Source: Paramicrosporidium saccamoebae KSL3
Lineage: Eukaryota > Fungi > Cryptomycota
Reading direction: 5' to 3'
Length of the DNA: 32,000 bases
NCBI GenBank assembly: GCA_002794465.1
Contig: MTSL01000190.1
Location: 1-32,000 of the forward strand
Of the stretch, positions 31,133-32,000 are shown piece after piece. Made by a program: the position numbers and the translations under genes. The stretch's first letter is position 1, and every line of letters starts with the position of its first letter. The notes beneath the pieces were generated by a model, which did not search any database, was not told where the DNA came from, and saw nothing but the letters and a program-made list of their open reading frames with translations.

Positions 31133-31261
31133 ACCTCACACCAACAGATCGGCTACATGATGATGCGACGACCTACGTACAGAAACAGGAAGCGAGAGCT
31201 ATGTTTATTGGGGTAGAGTGTCTTTTCTAGGGCGGTTTTCACCGATCATGCTCTGACTAGA

Positions 31262-31385
31262 TATGACGTGACATGACATGTCATGATATTATATTATATT
31301 ATATCACTATTATACTATTTTGATATTCCAATATTCCACTATTTCACTATTTTGATATTCCACTATATCACTATTCCAATATTTT
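31262..31385. repeat. AT-rich low-complexity tract with a 14-bp palindrome
   Basis: CATGACATGTCATG at 31272-31285; recurrent CACTATT/GATATTCCA units. Confidence 0.7.
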
Positions 31386-31465
31386 ACAGATTCGCCGTGT
31401 ATCAATAAGTAATGCCTGCAAACATATGGACATAGTATCTGATTGGTCAGTAATGCTGCGATGAG

Positions 31466-32000
31466 ATGAACAGTTCAACAGACGAATTCTATGAATCCAG
31501 CCGTCGTGCCGTTGCCGTCCTGCTGCTCTTCTGGCTTTCTTATGTGCTTGCCTACACCATAATGGCCTGGGTCATTCTCCCATCGCGGCCGTATAATCCA
31601 TTGTCTCGGAAGCGACGTTCGAATTTGTCGCGACTCATGCTGTTGGGGCGACCGGAGCGGAGACCGCGCTCACTGCCCCCCGCCAGGACAAATAGACACT
31701 TGAGGACGGCTAGTCTGCGGGACATTGCAGAAAGTGAAGGAGACCACAGTCTTTGTGATGTGGACAGTCTCTCGCGAGCCAGTGACACTGACGCTGGTTG
31801 GGGAGATGAGTTTCGAGTGTCTTCGGGAAGCGTGGAGGCATTATCGAGTCGTCACATTTTGTCCTCGTTTGCACCGGAATACACTGCCGCTGTCTGCGGC
31901 TTGGCGGTGGTGATTCAGGGCATCTTGTTGGTGCCGGCTAGTTTGGCAGTGTTGGCAGTGGTGGATGGAATGCCCGAGGCACAGCGGCTTTTCCATGGAA
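31466..32000 (+). CDS. Hypothetical membrane protein, 5' part (runs off the window)
   Basis: Open frame from ATG 31466 to the end of the window (MNSSTDEF...); hydrophobic segments AVAVLLLFWLSYVLAYTIMAWVILP and AVCGLAVVIQGILLVPASLAVLAVV. Confidence 0.65.
   Translation, partial: MNSSTDEFYESSRRAVAVLLLFWLSYVLAYTIMAWVILPSRPYNPLSRKRRSNLSRLMLLGRPERRPRSLPPARTNRHLRTASLRDIAESEGDHSLCDVDSLSRASDTDAGWGDEFRVSSGSVEALSSRHILSSFAPEYTAAVCGLAVVIQGILLVPASLAVLAVVDGMPEAQRLFHG

Noticed and set aside
31157-31255. Box C/D snoRNA (ATGATGA ... CTGA)
   Set aside because: The complementary GATCGG/CCGATC lies inside box D rather than closing the termini, and I could not identify an rRNA-complementary guide; an Infernal or snoscan run would decide.
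31670-31685. Programmed frameshift or pseudogene at the C-run
   Set aside because: Recounting shows six C; the frame from ATG 31466 stays open to the window end.

Overview
Gene-dense eukaryotic (fungal-lineage) chromosome segment with about 21 protein genes, many split by tiny 28-34 nt spliceosomal introns that fragment the ORF track. This architecture, plus mitochondrial genes, fits a compact-genome rozellid such as Paramicrosporidium (inference). Genes in order: Mtm1/SLC25A39 carrier, TTC36, fatty-acid elongase, Asa1/GNB1L, Apc4-like, a hidden Cox7-like micro-gene, two tandem prolyl-tRNA synthetases, a repeat-expanded metallothionein, an NADPH oxidase, PheRS beta, Sds23-like CBS protein, DUF1749 hydrolase, two GT37 fucosyltransferase-like proteins, Sec15, Pol2, a small heat-shock protein, an MscS-like protein and a partial membrane protein. 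Most notable: (1) a spliced gene absent from the ORF track encoding signal peptide + LEA-like 11-mer repeats + alpha-crystallin domain, bracketed by two inverted solo-LTR-like elements, each with its own 4-bp target-site duplication; (2) an internally duplicated mini-MscS; (3) Gcn4/AP-1-type boxes 45-57 nt upstream of all three tRNA-synthetase genes; (4) a dispersed non-coding ~100-120 bp element family at three loci. No rRNA, tRNA or CRISPR array could be supported.
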